DNA from: Leptogorgia sarmentosa
Taxonomy: Eukaryota
Reading direction: 5' to 3'
Assembly: GCA_964658305.1 (NCBI GenBank)
Contig: OZ210885.1
Span: 8,122,001-8,186,000 of the forward strand
Length of the DNA stretch: 64,000 nt
The position numbers were made by a program, and so were the translations under genes. Numbering within the stretch: the stretch's first letter is position 1; each line of letters starts with the position of its first letter. This document shows, piece by piece, positions 14,035-26,961 of the stretch. The notes beneath the pieces are model-generated. The model was not told where the DNA came from and did not search any database. It saw only the letters and a list, made by a program, of their open reading frames with translations.

Positions 14035-14950
14035 TGCCTCTGCGGAGGAGAGTGCCAATTGAACAAAATCAGGCCTGAAAATGCCCGAAAACATGTTCCA
14101 CGATGTCCCTTTCATTTTACCATAAACTCGATCCATTGCTATTCGAGTTATGCGTTGAAACAAGACAACTTTTTTAAAAAAGTGTAAAATATCTCAATAA
14201 TCGTCGCTCGTAATACAAAGCAGTACAACTGTAAATGTTGTTCATTAAGATGACTTTCTGGGACTTTCACGCGACTTGTTTTCATGAAATGGCAAAACTT
14301 GCCGTTCGAGCCCTATAACCCACTGATCTCGAAGTACTGAATTTATCATCCCATTCAATTCAGTCAATAATTTTGAAGTTCCGTAATAGATGAAATACTA
14401 AAATGAATGAAATCGATCGCAATTTCCGTAAATAGTATCACAACATGCATGGTCGGATTATAAAGAAAATGGCTTTTACAGCTTAAGACATACACAGAGC
14501 TTGTCATAACTTTTCTAGTGGTTTCTAGAACGTTTAAAGCTATATCATGAATCACACGGCGTCCATCTTGGTGTGACCTCATTAATTCACGGCCAAATTT
14601 AAAAGGAAAAAGACGCTATTTTTGGAGGAAATTTATTCAGACCAATATGGCCGCCATTGGTTTATTTATGCATTACAGAAGCTTTGTCCAGTCATATTAT
14701 TGCTCAGTGTACGTATATTTTGGAAAATAAAACGTAAAAACTAATCTGGAACGTAGTAACAAACTTTTTATGCTCTTTCTACATCTTTAAAAACTGGCTT
14801 CCAGTAATCGCTTTGAGTAGCACGCATAATATAAGTAACGAAACTTATTTTGCTTGTTAGTTATTATATTCACAATTAGTTATGATAAATCATTATATCA
14901 CAAGTTTTAAGCTTTATACAGAACATTAATTTTTCCTTTTATTTTTCAAG

Positions 14951-15362
14951 GTGTGGAATTTGTCTGATGGCAGTGTGATCAATGGAATTGATAGTGATGG
15001 CACACCTGAGATTGTTCGCTTTCGTTCTGATGGGTTGCAAGTTATAATTGGATGCAAAGATAACTATGTGTTCATCTGGGACTGGCAAAAGCCTGATGCG
15101 TCTTTGAAAGAAGTCATTTTACCCGCGTCCTATACAGTGGAAATAGCATGCGATCGCAACATGGTTTACACATGCAGCCCTGATGATATGCATATTTGTG
15201 AAATCAATCCCGACTCTTTGCAAGTATCGACTGTACGTCAACGTCCGAGGGGCCCACCAGTAATATCACCCGACGGCGAGAATCTATTGTCAGCCTCGCT
15301 TCAGAAGAATGTGTTTCTCCACCGGAAACTTTCAACTTGGGGTTCGATCGGCCATAATGCAG
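14951..15362 (+). CDS. WD40-repeat protein exon
   Basis: Polypyrimidine tract + CAAG acceptor; VWNLSDG..IIGCKDNYVFIWDW; donor G|GTGGGT, phase 1. Confidence 0.88.
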
Positions 15363-16355
15363 GTGGGTAAATCAAGGACTATTTGAAAATTCTAAATACT
15401 TTTAAGTCTTTGATGCGACTACAGGATTTTTTACTATATTCATACACACAATAATTTATATGTGTGAAATATCCGTTTTAAATGAGAATATATTTTTCCC
15501 GAAAAACCACTGCATTCACTCGCGAATGAGTCAAATATTGAATTCGATTTACGTGTTAGCTCTGAAATTGTCTTGGCTAGCTTCACAGGCTATTTTCTGT
15601 TCTGATTATGTATTAAACGATTACGGAGAATACAATTAAAACGGTTTCGTCACGAGTTTCTACAAACCTGTATCCGTTTTTACTCGTGTTGCATGTAGCG
15701 AAAGAATACCAAAACTACGAGATTTCAAAAATTTCAACTTGCTATTTTTGATCTCATCTTTTTCTAAACGGGTATTTTGCTACATGCAGTAAGTTTCCCA
15801 TCCATGTGCCTTCACGGCATGAAGGATGTCAACACATTGCAATTTTTCAGGCCATTTTTCGTCCGCTTTTATCTGCTGATTTCCAAATAAAGTTGAATCC
15901 CGTTTCATTCATGAGATTACTTCCCTCATTGTTTGAATTTGACGAAAATTAGACGTCTAAAACGATCCTAACTAGTTGCGCTGTGCGAACATACCTCAAG
16001 ATTTGAACCTCAGCTGGCGTTTTGGGGATTGGCTGTCAATTGACACGGAAGTTATGTTCTACTAAACTGTCTTTCCGTGAGCTTAGTGTGAGACTGTTCT
16101 CAGCCCACTGCAAGCTTTTAGTCTAGAGTAAACGTATACATAATAGAGAAATCTAGCGATCTCAAAAATTTGAAAATAAGTAAAGAAACAAAAATCCATC
16201 GCTACAATTGGTAAAAATGTGTCAAAATTAGCATAACTGCAATGATTGGGAACAATAAAAAACATATTATGGCAATGCAAATTAAAGTTCGTGCGATGTA
16301 CGTGCAATATATCAGGTGAAACTGATTGAATTTCGGATGAAATGGGTGTGATTTA

Positions 16356-16586
16356 CGGCCGTTTTCCATTGCAGTCGCTTTGCCCGCACGGGCAGAGCAA
16401 ACATGTTTCAAATTTTGATATGGATGTCTAATCTGAGCGTTCACTGCCTAATTTTGCACGCGCGGAGACGCTTAGAAGTGGAACTATGTTCAACTCTCCT
16501 GGCGTGCCCGCGCAGCGGATTTTTGACGAAGTTAAAATCGTTCGCTCCGCCCGCGCGGGCAAAACGACTGCAATGGAAAACGACCT
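16356..16586. mobile_element. PIF/Harbinger-type MITE
   Basis: TIRs CGTTTTCCATTGCAGTCG..TTGCCCGC / GCGGGCAAAACGACTGCAATGGAAAACG, flanked by TTA on both sides. Confidence 0.75.
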
Positions 16587-16812
16587 TTATTCCTGTATAC
16601 TAGTCTTTTATTCACAACAGTGATATGACTGATTTTTGCATTTTCGATATCAGCGATGCATTTTGCTACCTGGATTAGAAGAAAATGTCTATTGCTGCAC
16701 CTGTAAAGATTACTTGTCGTCTGAAGGATATTTTCCAATGATTGGCAGGCTAAACCGCTGAAGCGTCGCATACTTGAATACTTCAAATAAAAATTTTACT
16801 TCCTTCTTGCAG

Positions 16813-17414
16813 GTCACCCTGACGACTCGATAGTTACAGCAATTGACATCACATCAAATGGGAAATTTGCTTTGTCTGGAAGCAGTTCGGGAACATTGTC
16901 ACTGGTCGACATAGAGTGTTTTGAAATGGTTCAATTCGCAAAGACCGAATCTGGAGTCGCCATACGTTTTGTGTGCTTATTAAGTGATAATGTCCGTTTC
17001 GTTTTTGTTGACGAGGCAAACAGGATCGAACTAACAACTTTTAATGAAATCGAGGCCAGCATGAAATTGGGTCAACCAGATGTTAAAGTCACTTGCATTA
17101 CTGCTCTTGGTTCAATCTATGCATTGCTTGGTTGTGATGACGGAGAACTGTTATGGTTTCATCTCAACAATAAATCGCAGTTGAAATTCCCAGCACACGA
17201 GGATGCCATTTCTCAAGTTAAAAGCGAGCTAGGAGGTCATGATCGTTCACGTCGCTTTGCATCGGGGTCTATCGGTGGGTCTGTGAAGCATTGGAATGTT
17301 GAAGAAAACTTGCCGACGTTAATATGGTCACATGACAACATTTGTTCGGATCCCATTACCGCGTTAGAATTCGTGCCCCGCTCGGATGATATCATAGTTG
17401 CTTCTGGCAAAAAG
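16813..17414 (+). CDS. WD40-repeat protein exon
   Basis: CTTGCAG acceptor; GHPDDSIVTAIDITSNGKFALSGS..AHEDAISQV..FASGSIGGSVKHWN; donor AAG|GTATGT, phase 0. Confidence 0.9.
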
Positions 17415-18550
17415 GTATGTATATCATTTTCCAAACGAGATTTTCAAATGTTACTTTTGGACGTGTTAGCTACTTGTTGTAGGTTGAGCTGCAATTCAAA
17501 TTTCATGATGTAAAATAGCACATGCACATACACATTATGAAGCGTTTCTAGAATTATTGTAAATTAACTTCGTTCCAATCTTTATTTTGAAAATTGGGAG
17601 CAAATTCGGAAAAAAATCCCCATTGTTCAAACCATATCTGGAAGAATTCAACCAAATGACTAGTTTTTTTCTTGCTGGATGTTTGTTTCATTACCAGAAA
17701 TGTGTGAAATGCAATAACCCTAAGCTATAATTAAGAATCCGAATTTTAATTTGCAATATTAAGGAAATACTACTTTGTGCCAAGAAGACGGTAAAACCTT
17801 TAAAATTAAACTATGCGAAGACAGTTCTTATTAAAATATATATTTGCGAATAATATGGGCTAGAAATAGAGTGATCAGGTTAAAACAAATTTTTCATTAT
17901 ACATTCGTTTATAATGGTCGTGATAAATAACATTTTCTACGGAAAAAAAGCTTCTATTTCAGGGCATACACCGAACAAATTTCGAGATGCCAAAGCACCA
18001 CAACTTCTTTTTCCCACCATCATGTGTTTTTTGTAGAAAATACATTTTGAGAACAGTAAAATAACTTTGCCGAGTTCTAAAGCTGTCGTAAATTGGCGAG
18101 ATTTTGCTCGATTCTATTCGCAAAGGTTGTTTCCTACTTAACAATTCATCACCTACCATGATATAAAATAGAAATTCCATTTTCATGATCGTGCAATTTA
18201 ACCGTGCAAATATTTCTTTCCATTGCACGGTGGTTTTAATTATTTTCAATCACTCAAAATGTTATTTTAGCACGCATTTATAGGCGAATCCATGACGTGG
18301 CGCGACCATGTAGCGATGGAATTTTATTTAGTAAACTAACAAAACAAAATGTCGGGTATTTCCGGTCAATGATTTATTTTGGTGTCATATAAAACCATTG
18401 AACTAAATAAAACTGGAAGGCTACTTCCGGCCGGAAATTTGAAGCCAAAATATGCAATATCGGCCCCAATCTTCTCACGCAATGTAAACACGGCCAAAAC
18501 AAATCATTCTTTGTTTTCCGAACAAGCGAGAATGTCACGCAGCTGAACTC

Positions 18551-18596
18551 GCGTGAAATTACCCCCAGACACGCGTGTCTGGGGGTAATTCCACGC
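18551..18596. repeat. 46-bp near-perfect palindrome
   Basis: GCGTGAAATTACCCCCAGACACG|CGTGTCTGGGGGTAATTCCACGC, one mismatch, no loop. Confidence 0.9.
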
Positions 18597-18677
18597 AAAA
18601 TTTTGGCTTCATCTTTTACGTTCCCGTTAATATGAAGGTAGGCTTCAAGTTATATATAGTTCAATGTATAAAACAAA

Positions 18678-18792
18678 TAATGAATGTTCATTTCGTGCAA
18701 TGGTAAGAATATTTTCATTCGGTGAAAAACGGAATGTTCCATTCAACTCGGTGAATATTCTTACCATTGCACGAAATGAACATTCATTATTA
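18678..18792. repeat. Hairpin element
   Basis: ATAATGAATGTTCATTTCGTGCAATGGTAAGAATATT mirrored by AATATTCTTACCATTGCACGAAATGAACATTCATTAT. Confidence 0.8.
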
Positions 18793-20908
18793 AATTAAAT
18801 TAACAAAAGGTTTATTGCAAGCTGCCGCTATTTTGGTGTATTTTGACAACATAAATCGCATTTACCTGACGTCGGGAATCGGGGGTAAAAAACTGCGATC
18901 ACTATCCGAAAAGCGTTTTAAAGGATGGATGAATGATTTCACTTCGTGTCATCGTATTGCGAAAAAACGTATCTTGCCCAGGCTTTTTAAAAACTCGGAT
19001 ACATTACATTGGATGATTATTTTGATTTCGTATCATGACTATCATCGTATCATGATAACAAGTCACTGTTTCAAAAGTGGACGGGTATTCTATAACTGCC
19101 CGGGATTTTAAAGTTTGAGCACACCGGCATCACCTTCCTTGCGATAGTAACTCCTAGTTAGCACGCATATTGGTGTAACTGAGCTAAAAACATATTGACG
19201 GATTTTGGCGTTATTTCACTGGCCCATTTGCGATTCGTTCTGTCGAGGGTCTTCGCTAGTGGCCACTGCTCAATTTTAAGTTTAATCCCCCTTCTTTATG
19301 CAAAGATTTTAATAATTTAGCTGCATGTTTTATGCGGCCGTAGTTTTCGATTTTTGGTACATCTGGAACTCAATTTATTTTAAAATCTAAGGCACGTTAA
19401 TTAAAAATGGCTCTCACAAAAAAAACGAAGATAATTGATGCGATTTGATTTAATCGGGTCAATATACGGAGAATAGGTTATAATATCGCGCTTCGAGAAA
19501 TTTGGTGCACGCTTATATAAGCCACAGAGATGTCGGAAAACTTTTCCGCTGTTTCCTGAGTGATGAGCAATTAATTTTATGCATGCTCGGATGTTTGCCC
19601 AAATTACAACAGAAAATTCGCAATCCAATTCTCAAAAGTCCCTATCAAGAGAAGACACGCTGAAATGAATACAAGAAAGAGCTTTTGATTATGGTTATGG
19701 GTATAAAGTTTTCTAGAACAACGGATGGCGCAAGTAAAAATGAATGACAGTGAATCATCCAAAATATCTTGCCCACCAGAAGTCATAAATTCAATTATGA
19801 ATTCCAATTTTGCTCAATGGCATGGACTGAAAATGTTTATTTTCTGATGAATGTAATGTCAATTTAAGTTATTTGCCTGTTTGATTCCTGATAAGCCTAA
19901 ATAGAAGGTAGAGTGTAGATGTATAGGTATTGTGGTCTTAATATAGTATAACATGCAAGGTTGGGAAAAGACTAAATTCAAGAGTCCTCATGCGTGTATC
20001 TTATTTGATGATGATGCGAATTATATTAATTAACGAATCTGCTTCATAGTTTACTTGTAACCTTCATTGCATGCGTAGCAACTTTACCCGGTGCGTAATA
20101 AGGATTTTTTAGCAAGGGCATAATAGACATCAACATTGTGAATAGATTTGATTTTCATGTTCGTATTGATTTTAGACAATTACGCTGATTGGCCCCACGT
20201 TAAAAATTGGAAAAACAACCTTGAAAAACAACGTTAACATTTTTGGTTTTCTTAATTTTTGTTTGACTTTGCGCACTGTGTAACTGTGTGATATACAAGT
20301 GACGCTATTAGTAAATTACATTTGCTCGCAAAGTATTCATGAAAAATTGCACTCGTGTTTGGAAAAATTGCACTCGTTTTCCGCGCATATTGCAATTACA
20401 TTACAATTATATTTGCATTGTAATTACGAAACCCAACACTTCATTTAGGTTTACACACATAAAGGACAGTTTACTTGATAGATCGTCCGTAAATTTACTG
20501 TTAAAAAGTGAGGGGATAACACATCCATCCCCTCAGCCGAAAAAGTAGGTCATGTGTTTCATCCCCCCCTCCCCCCCCCCTCTTCATGATTTACCCCCTT
20601 GCCTTCATTCATTTAAAATACCTATATTATGTAAAACAAATTCAAGAATTTCGATTCTGAAAATTACGCTTCCAAATCGGAATCACGAATTCGAAATACA
20701 TAATAACAACTATTTATAACTGAATAACGTTTTGTGAATTGGAGCGAAAATATTTTATGGAAGGACGTTATATTGAGCAGTTTTTTGATAATTTTGACAG
20801 ATTGATCGGGTAAATGAAAATGGAGTCGTGCATAGTTACGAATACCTCTTCTTGGGGAGAATCCAAACAATTCGCGTGGTCCACAACTCTCTTTTTTGTG
20901 CTCATAAG

Positions 20909-21053
20909 AAGGAATTTACTACTGAAGCTGAAGAGGAAATCACAAAGTGGAACTTGAACAACACCGTGGAAGAAAGCAGCACTTCTTGGTATACAGAGGA
21001 AGTGGAGAAAGTTTTAAGGATTAACAATTCTTACAACCTTGTGGCTATATTAG
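20909..21053 (+). CDS. WD40-repeat protein exon
   Basis: Pyrimidine tract then AAG/AAG acceptor; KEFTTEAEEEITKWNL..NLVAILG; donor G|GTAAAT; provides the phase 0 to 1 bridge needed between the flanking exons. Confidence 0.7.
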
Positions 21054-24000
21054 GTAAATAATTTCATTGTTATTATTTTATTTTCTAATCTTAATTGCAC
21101 AAGGTGTGATCGCGTAATTCATCGAGTATTAGCTGAAGGGTTCCAGTGAATGACATTGGAAAACTATAGAAAAAAAACATTCACGTGCAGGCATTTTCAA
21201 CCCCTGTCAACAGGGTTCACTTAAACCCCGGGGTTGAAAATGCTCCATGTTATCGGCCCTTAATCTTCAACATTCCGTGCGCGCACTTGTTGCCGCTGCT
21301 ACTGCACAAATTGAATTGTCGTCGTAAACTGCAACGCCCACGATAACTCCACCAAACGCGTAATAAAGGGTCGTGACGATGTTGTGTTATTAAATTATTT
21401 ATCGCTACACTAATGCAAAGTGTCACCAGGCCAGACTTGAGGCCATTTAATACCAGTGACCTCTAAGATTACAGCACGGCAGACTTAAAATGCCACCAAC
21501 ACAGGGCGTACATGTGACAGCAAGCAAAGTCAAACTTGCACTTTATGAAATCCTTTTTACTCCGCCCGCGTAGGCGTAGCCACCCAGCGGAGTCCGAGTC
21601 TCAACATCTCCGTGTCTTTTGTCGTCGACGGTGTCGCAAAATGGCGGCTTCTTGATAAATGGGTACATCGGTGTAACTTTATGGATAATTTGACGTCGCA
21701 GCCTTTGATGTTTTAGGCACGCACATTTTACTTCCGGCGTTTCGGCCGCAGTCATTGCGATTTGTGAACTATAAATATAACGAACGTGTAGCTAACAATT
21801 TTAATGAGTATATTGTCCTTGTTTTATGCTGGATTTCAACGAAATCTTAAGTAAGTTCTAAAGGAAGGTATATTGTGCATTTATTTTAATAAGATTCTAA
21901 AATGAATCTGAAATTGCCGAAATAGCATATACGACTCGAGTTCGCAGAATAACTGTTAAATATTCGCGGCCCTATCAGGTTTGAACTCAATGAGTAGCTC
22001 AACGACGTCCGGTCTATCGCACAGCAAAGCGGGTACGCGGATATATATTGGCCGAATTTTGTCATTCCTTCGAGAATTTTAGAGCGAATTTACGCTATTT
22101 GAAAAAAGCATCATTATTTTGATAGTTACACGGGATCCTTCTTGCTGGGAATATCGATTAATTTCGAAAGAGATACATTTAATTGCGAAAAATCGAGGAT
22201 AGTTTGTGTGACATATGCCTCGTCTGTTCGCAATGTCTCCTCCTATTATTTTCAGTAATTTCCAGGAGGGCGCGAGCAACCTGGGCCAGCTGTGGTTATT
22301 TGAGAGGTAACGATACCCCGGTTCCGGTTTACGGGTACTGGAACGGGAAATGCAGCCGTACCCGTAAACCGGAACCGGGGTATCTTAGCCTCTCTATTAA
22401 CTTTATAGGCCTGTTGGAAATTCTACTCAAATTCATCAAGAGTTGTAAAACAAAAACCGTGCATGTTACAGTGGTAGAAACTGCCTGAACATGCAATACA
22501 AAACGAAGGTCCAAAATTTTATTCGCGGTATGACAACGATTTTTTCTAGCTCACCTATTCGTTCGCTTAGTTCCTTCGGTCGTTATCAAAGAAACATCAT
22601 ATTAACTAGGAACGAAATTTGCTCTGTCTCTAGCGCTGCCAGCAAAATTCCCGCCTAAGAATCATACAACAAAGCCCGCGACGTCAAACTACTGTACGCA
22701 AGATTATTGCAATTAAAAACCTTTCAAAGCATAAAATATGCGAATATAATATAAGCCATCGGCGAGTTCTGTGATGAAATCATCAAAAGTTACAAAAAAA
22801 AATTAATACAGTTGATCAGACCTTTTATGTTACATCAACAAACCTGTCTTAACAAGAAGCACAGTAGATGACACCCCGCCTTCAACCGCGTAGGCGTAAT
22901 CTCACGGTAACACCTCACCTCCTGTTAGACGTGAAACTATGTTATCTACCAATTAATCACGGGGAAAGTTTGAACATTACCCAGTTTAGTCTGCATAGGT
23001 TTTTAATTTTGTGTCGGCTGTATCGGTCACCCTTATTACCAGGGGCGGATTTTCATGTTTTTCACTGAGATGCAAAAAAATTTGGAGTGAGGGTGTCGAT
23101 CGAACATCAATAAAATATTTTTGTGTGTTTGATTTTCTAAGTTAATTTGCCGCAAAAAAGCGTAGAAACATGTTAATTTTATAGCTACTTTATTGTTAGT
23201 ACATTGACATTGTGGGCGGGACAGGAGATGGCAATTTTTTTGAAGGAGTGAACAATTTCCCCGCACCCCGTCCCCCAGAAACTCTGCCCCTGGATAGCAC
23301 GACAGACAGTTTATACCGGCCCTTGGAAAGAAACGTCTGATTTAAAGCTGTGTCATTTACACGAAACTTGCTGAGAAATTTGTGCACGTAAATCGCAGGC
23401 AGGGGCGGATCCAGGATTTTTCGTACGTTAGTCAAAAATTTTGTTGCTAAATATCGGCGGGGAGAGGGGGGGGGGGAGGACGTTGGAGGGTGTTGACTTT
23501 TGTTGAGATGGAGGGAGGTGGCATAAAATATGCGGCAAATGACTGCTTCGCACAACGTAAGCATGACTAAGGAACATAACATTATAAAGTATATTCCAGC
23601 ATGGACTGGTTTTTAAAGGCGCTCGCACGCCCGTTTAATTGAAATTCCCAGAACTATGCCAGCAATTTACGGTAACAGGTTCAATAGTATTTGTAATCTA
23701 TACAGCAAATGACAAAATATAGTTATTTCTTCACTTTTATTCATGGTATAAACATGTTAATATTGACAATAGCAACATGATCCATTTTACTCGCGCTGCA
23801 TATACTTGTTGCATAGAGATCGTATGACATCACTCACGCGATGACACAAAGCCATGCCACATTGTTTATATGTGAATGTGCTTTTAGTTCATACCGGCAG
23901 CATAATTTAGAAGTAATTACGGATTAATACACATATATGTCCACATTTTACAAGAGGAATAAACAAAGTATTAACAAACTAATACAGTCTGCCCTGTATT

Positions 24001-26282
24001 AAGAAGCCGCAGTATTAAACAATTATTGAATGAGGCCGAGTAGGATATGAGGAATTATTCAGGCCGAGGTTTGTGTTATCTGCCGAAGCCGAAGGCTGAA
24101 TTCAAGCCTGTCATTCCGTCAACTCTCCGGTTGTCTCCGAGTCTCCGGCGCTTGCGTGACACTAAAACATCTAATAATTATTCAATAGTTAATAGTCTCG
24201 CTACCTATATATTCACATTACTATTGTCTTTAGCATAAATTGTGGGACCCATTTATTTAGTAAAGCTAGACGTGATATAATACGCATGCGCGGTGACTCG
24301 TTCCTTCTATAGCAAAGTTCAACCACAAATTGCAACTAAAATTTTCCCGTTCACCAATATCTCATCTTTCGCAAAATGCCATTTCACTGTCCCTCGTCAC
24401 AACGATTTTGATGTCCAAAATATGTAAATGTCGAATAGTAAACCGTAGGTATGTTGATGTAGTTGATATTTCAGGTGTCAATACGTGTACAACTTTCAAA
24501 TGAGATGTGAATTTGTTTGCCGTTTGCGATTTATAGCTTGCCGTAAATGTCACTGGGCTAACTGTTAACCAAATGTAAAGCAAGAGCAGCTGTAAGAACT
24601 TTCAATAAAATGTCTTGGCCAAAAGCAAGGGATTACTATATATCAAGAGAGATACAAAATATTAGCCAGAATAATCTGGCTAGTAAGTCGAACCAAACAA
24701 ATACTGAACTTGCTTGCCGTCTTCTGTCGATTTAGCGCTGGGTAATTAAATAATTAAGCTTTTGGCCATCAAATATTACTTGATCTACCCAACTACAACG
24801 TCAGAATGATATCTTATGTAGCGCTTGTGTACTAAATAAACGAAGTTGTTGATCATTTCAGTATAATGTAAACAAATACATTATTATTTCGTGTCGAGCG
24901 TGTATGAATAAATTATCTAACAAGACAAAGGTAAAAACGGGGCACGTCATAGTGTCACGTAATGTACCAACTTCTTTCGTCTAGAACTCAGGCCGCTCAG
25001 TTCGCTCTTGTGTCAAGTCAAATGCAATTCAAATAATGGATAATTAGACGAGTAAGTCACGAGTTGACTGTTTATTTTTTGTTTGAAATGCATTTGATTC
25101 GACAAAAGTTTGACGTCTAAACTTGAGCCTCATATTTAGTTGCACAGTTGTGTAGTACATACAGGATCTTTGACGATCAACACTGACTGTAACCGCATCG
25201 CAAGCTAACGCCAGAGCGGGCGTCTTGTTTTGTATGAAACTAGTTGAAATTTCGTAATTATGTTTGGTTACGAGAACTATAGCATTCAAAAATATGGAAT
25301 CGAAATAGCAGAAATTCATTTGTTTCAATCGAAAAATGGTATGCTACGCGACATCTAGTCCCAGTCATCCTTCGTGTGTTGAGATCACCTGATAGATAGG
25401 CATGTTTCCACATCGGCTATATGGGTCAGCAATATTCCCTGACTAATTGACCCTTAGATCAGGTAGTTTTAGCTGCATGTTACGAAACGTCGGATTTAAA
25501 GCTATGTAATTTAGACGAGACGCGCTGAAAACATTTGCAGATAAGTCCCTGTTTACTCTACTATTATTCCCTAATTAATATGTTATGTAAAGAATTGTGA
25601 AAAGCGAGTTTGGTTTCAGTATACGTGAACAATTTCTGAGACCGCAACTTATGTAACGTAACCCCTGGACCCTAACTCCTCCACAGGCGCTTTATGCTTT
25701 TAATAGAAATTAGGAATTTGTGCGGGCTCCAAGTCAGAGATGCGCGGGCAGTTTTAACACTTCCGGGAAAGTTGATGTGTCAAGACTACCAAGGTGTCAA
25801 GACTGGCATCCCTAAATTTACGCCCGCACCTATTACTAATTTCTATTAAAAGCATAAAAGCGACTGTTGAAGAGGCGGCTCGGTACTCGAAATTGAATTG
25901 CCAATTGCGACAAATTCCTTTGGGTAACATACCTGCAACATAAATCATTATGAAGCCAAAATTGCGTCACAAATATTGGCAAAATAATTATTCTGTATAA
26001 CGTAGCTGTTAGATAACACGGCAAACAATCCAAGATCGGCTCCCAAGTGATGGCAAAAAATCATTCGAGTGACAATGCGCTTCGATAAAATGGTTGTACA
26101 TCCAATTTAATATACCAAAAATTGCCTTGGGAAAGAAGAACATTGTGTATGCAATGCGATCAAAATCTTTCGTTCGCAACAACCAATTTATAAAACATGG
26201 CAATCAATCCATACTTGATCGCAAAAATTGCCTCGTGTAACATTGCTTTAACAGATTTAAAAATTTTAAATCACACTTTTAG

Positions 26283-26602
26283 GTCATGGTTCTTTGGTGA
26301 TTGAGGACTTCATTACTGGAAAGGTTCTCTATAGATTTCCAATTGAAAATGCTGGCTGGATCAGAGCGTTGGCATTAGCGCCTGGAAGTGAATCACTTTT
26401 GTCATGCTCGGGCAAGACGCTGAAACTGTGGAACCTACCAAATGGAGAGTGTGTTGAAGAGTTTCATTTCGACCGGGGTGTTTTAGCCATCGCATGTGGC
26501 TCAAATAGAATGGTTTGTGTTGGCCTGGCAGGAGGTCGGGTCTGCTTCCTTCGTCTTAATAAATTATCCTCGCATTCAAAAGAACTCCAACCTAAAGGTT
26601 GA
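26283..26602 (+). CDS. WD40-repeat protein terminal exon
   Basis: CTTTTAG acceptor, phase 1; LLSCSGKTLKLWNL..VCVGLAGGRVCFLRL; TGA at 26600-26602; AATAAA at 26733-26738. Confidence 0.88.
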
Positions 26603-26742
26603 AGACTTAAGAGGAATTCCAACATTGTCTGAAATGAATATTAAACTATTAAAGGCGGAAACAAGGATATGTGGAGTAGCAATATCAATATTTCTGGCAA
26701 TGAATAATAGTCTTAAATATAATATAAAGTAAAATAAAGACT

Positions 26743-26954
26743 CAAAAAAACCAAAATACAATGAAATTAACGCATTGTTGGAATTTGAGGGCCCTTGGAA
26801 ATCAAAGTTCTGTAAACAGCGATTAAGAAATTAAGACATACTTGTATTGTGCGTCCAGATTGTTTAGAACCAAACTGGGATTAGCTTATTGTTAGGGCAT
26901 TCAAATACAAACAATGCGTTAATTTCAATGGTTTTGGTTTTTTGGCACACCCGG
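26743..26954. mobile_element. Degenerate Tc1/mariner-type MITE
   Basis: Inverted arms TGAAATTAACGCATTGTT / AACAATGCGTTAATTTCA; right end GGCACACCCGG|TA; left terminus missing. Confidence 0.6.
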
Positions 26955-26961
26955 TATACTA

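Noticed and set aside
21965..22040. Minus-strand tRNA/SINE-like B-box (GGTTTGAACTC on plus)
   Set aside because: No convincing A-box or cloverleaf.
23040..23292. hAT MITE with CAGGGGCGGA / TCTGCCCCTG ends
   Set aside because: Flanking 8-mers (CTTATTAC vs GATAGCAC) do not form a TSD; boundaries not supportable.
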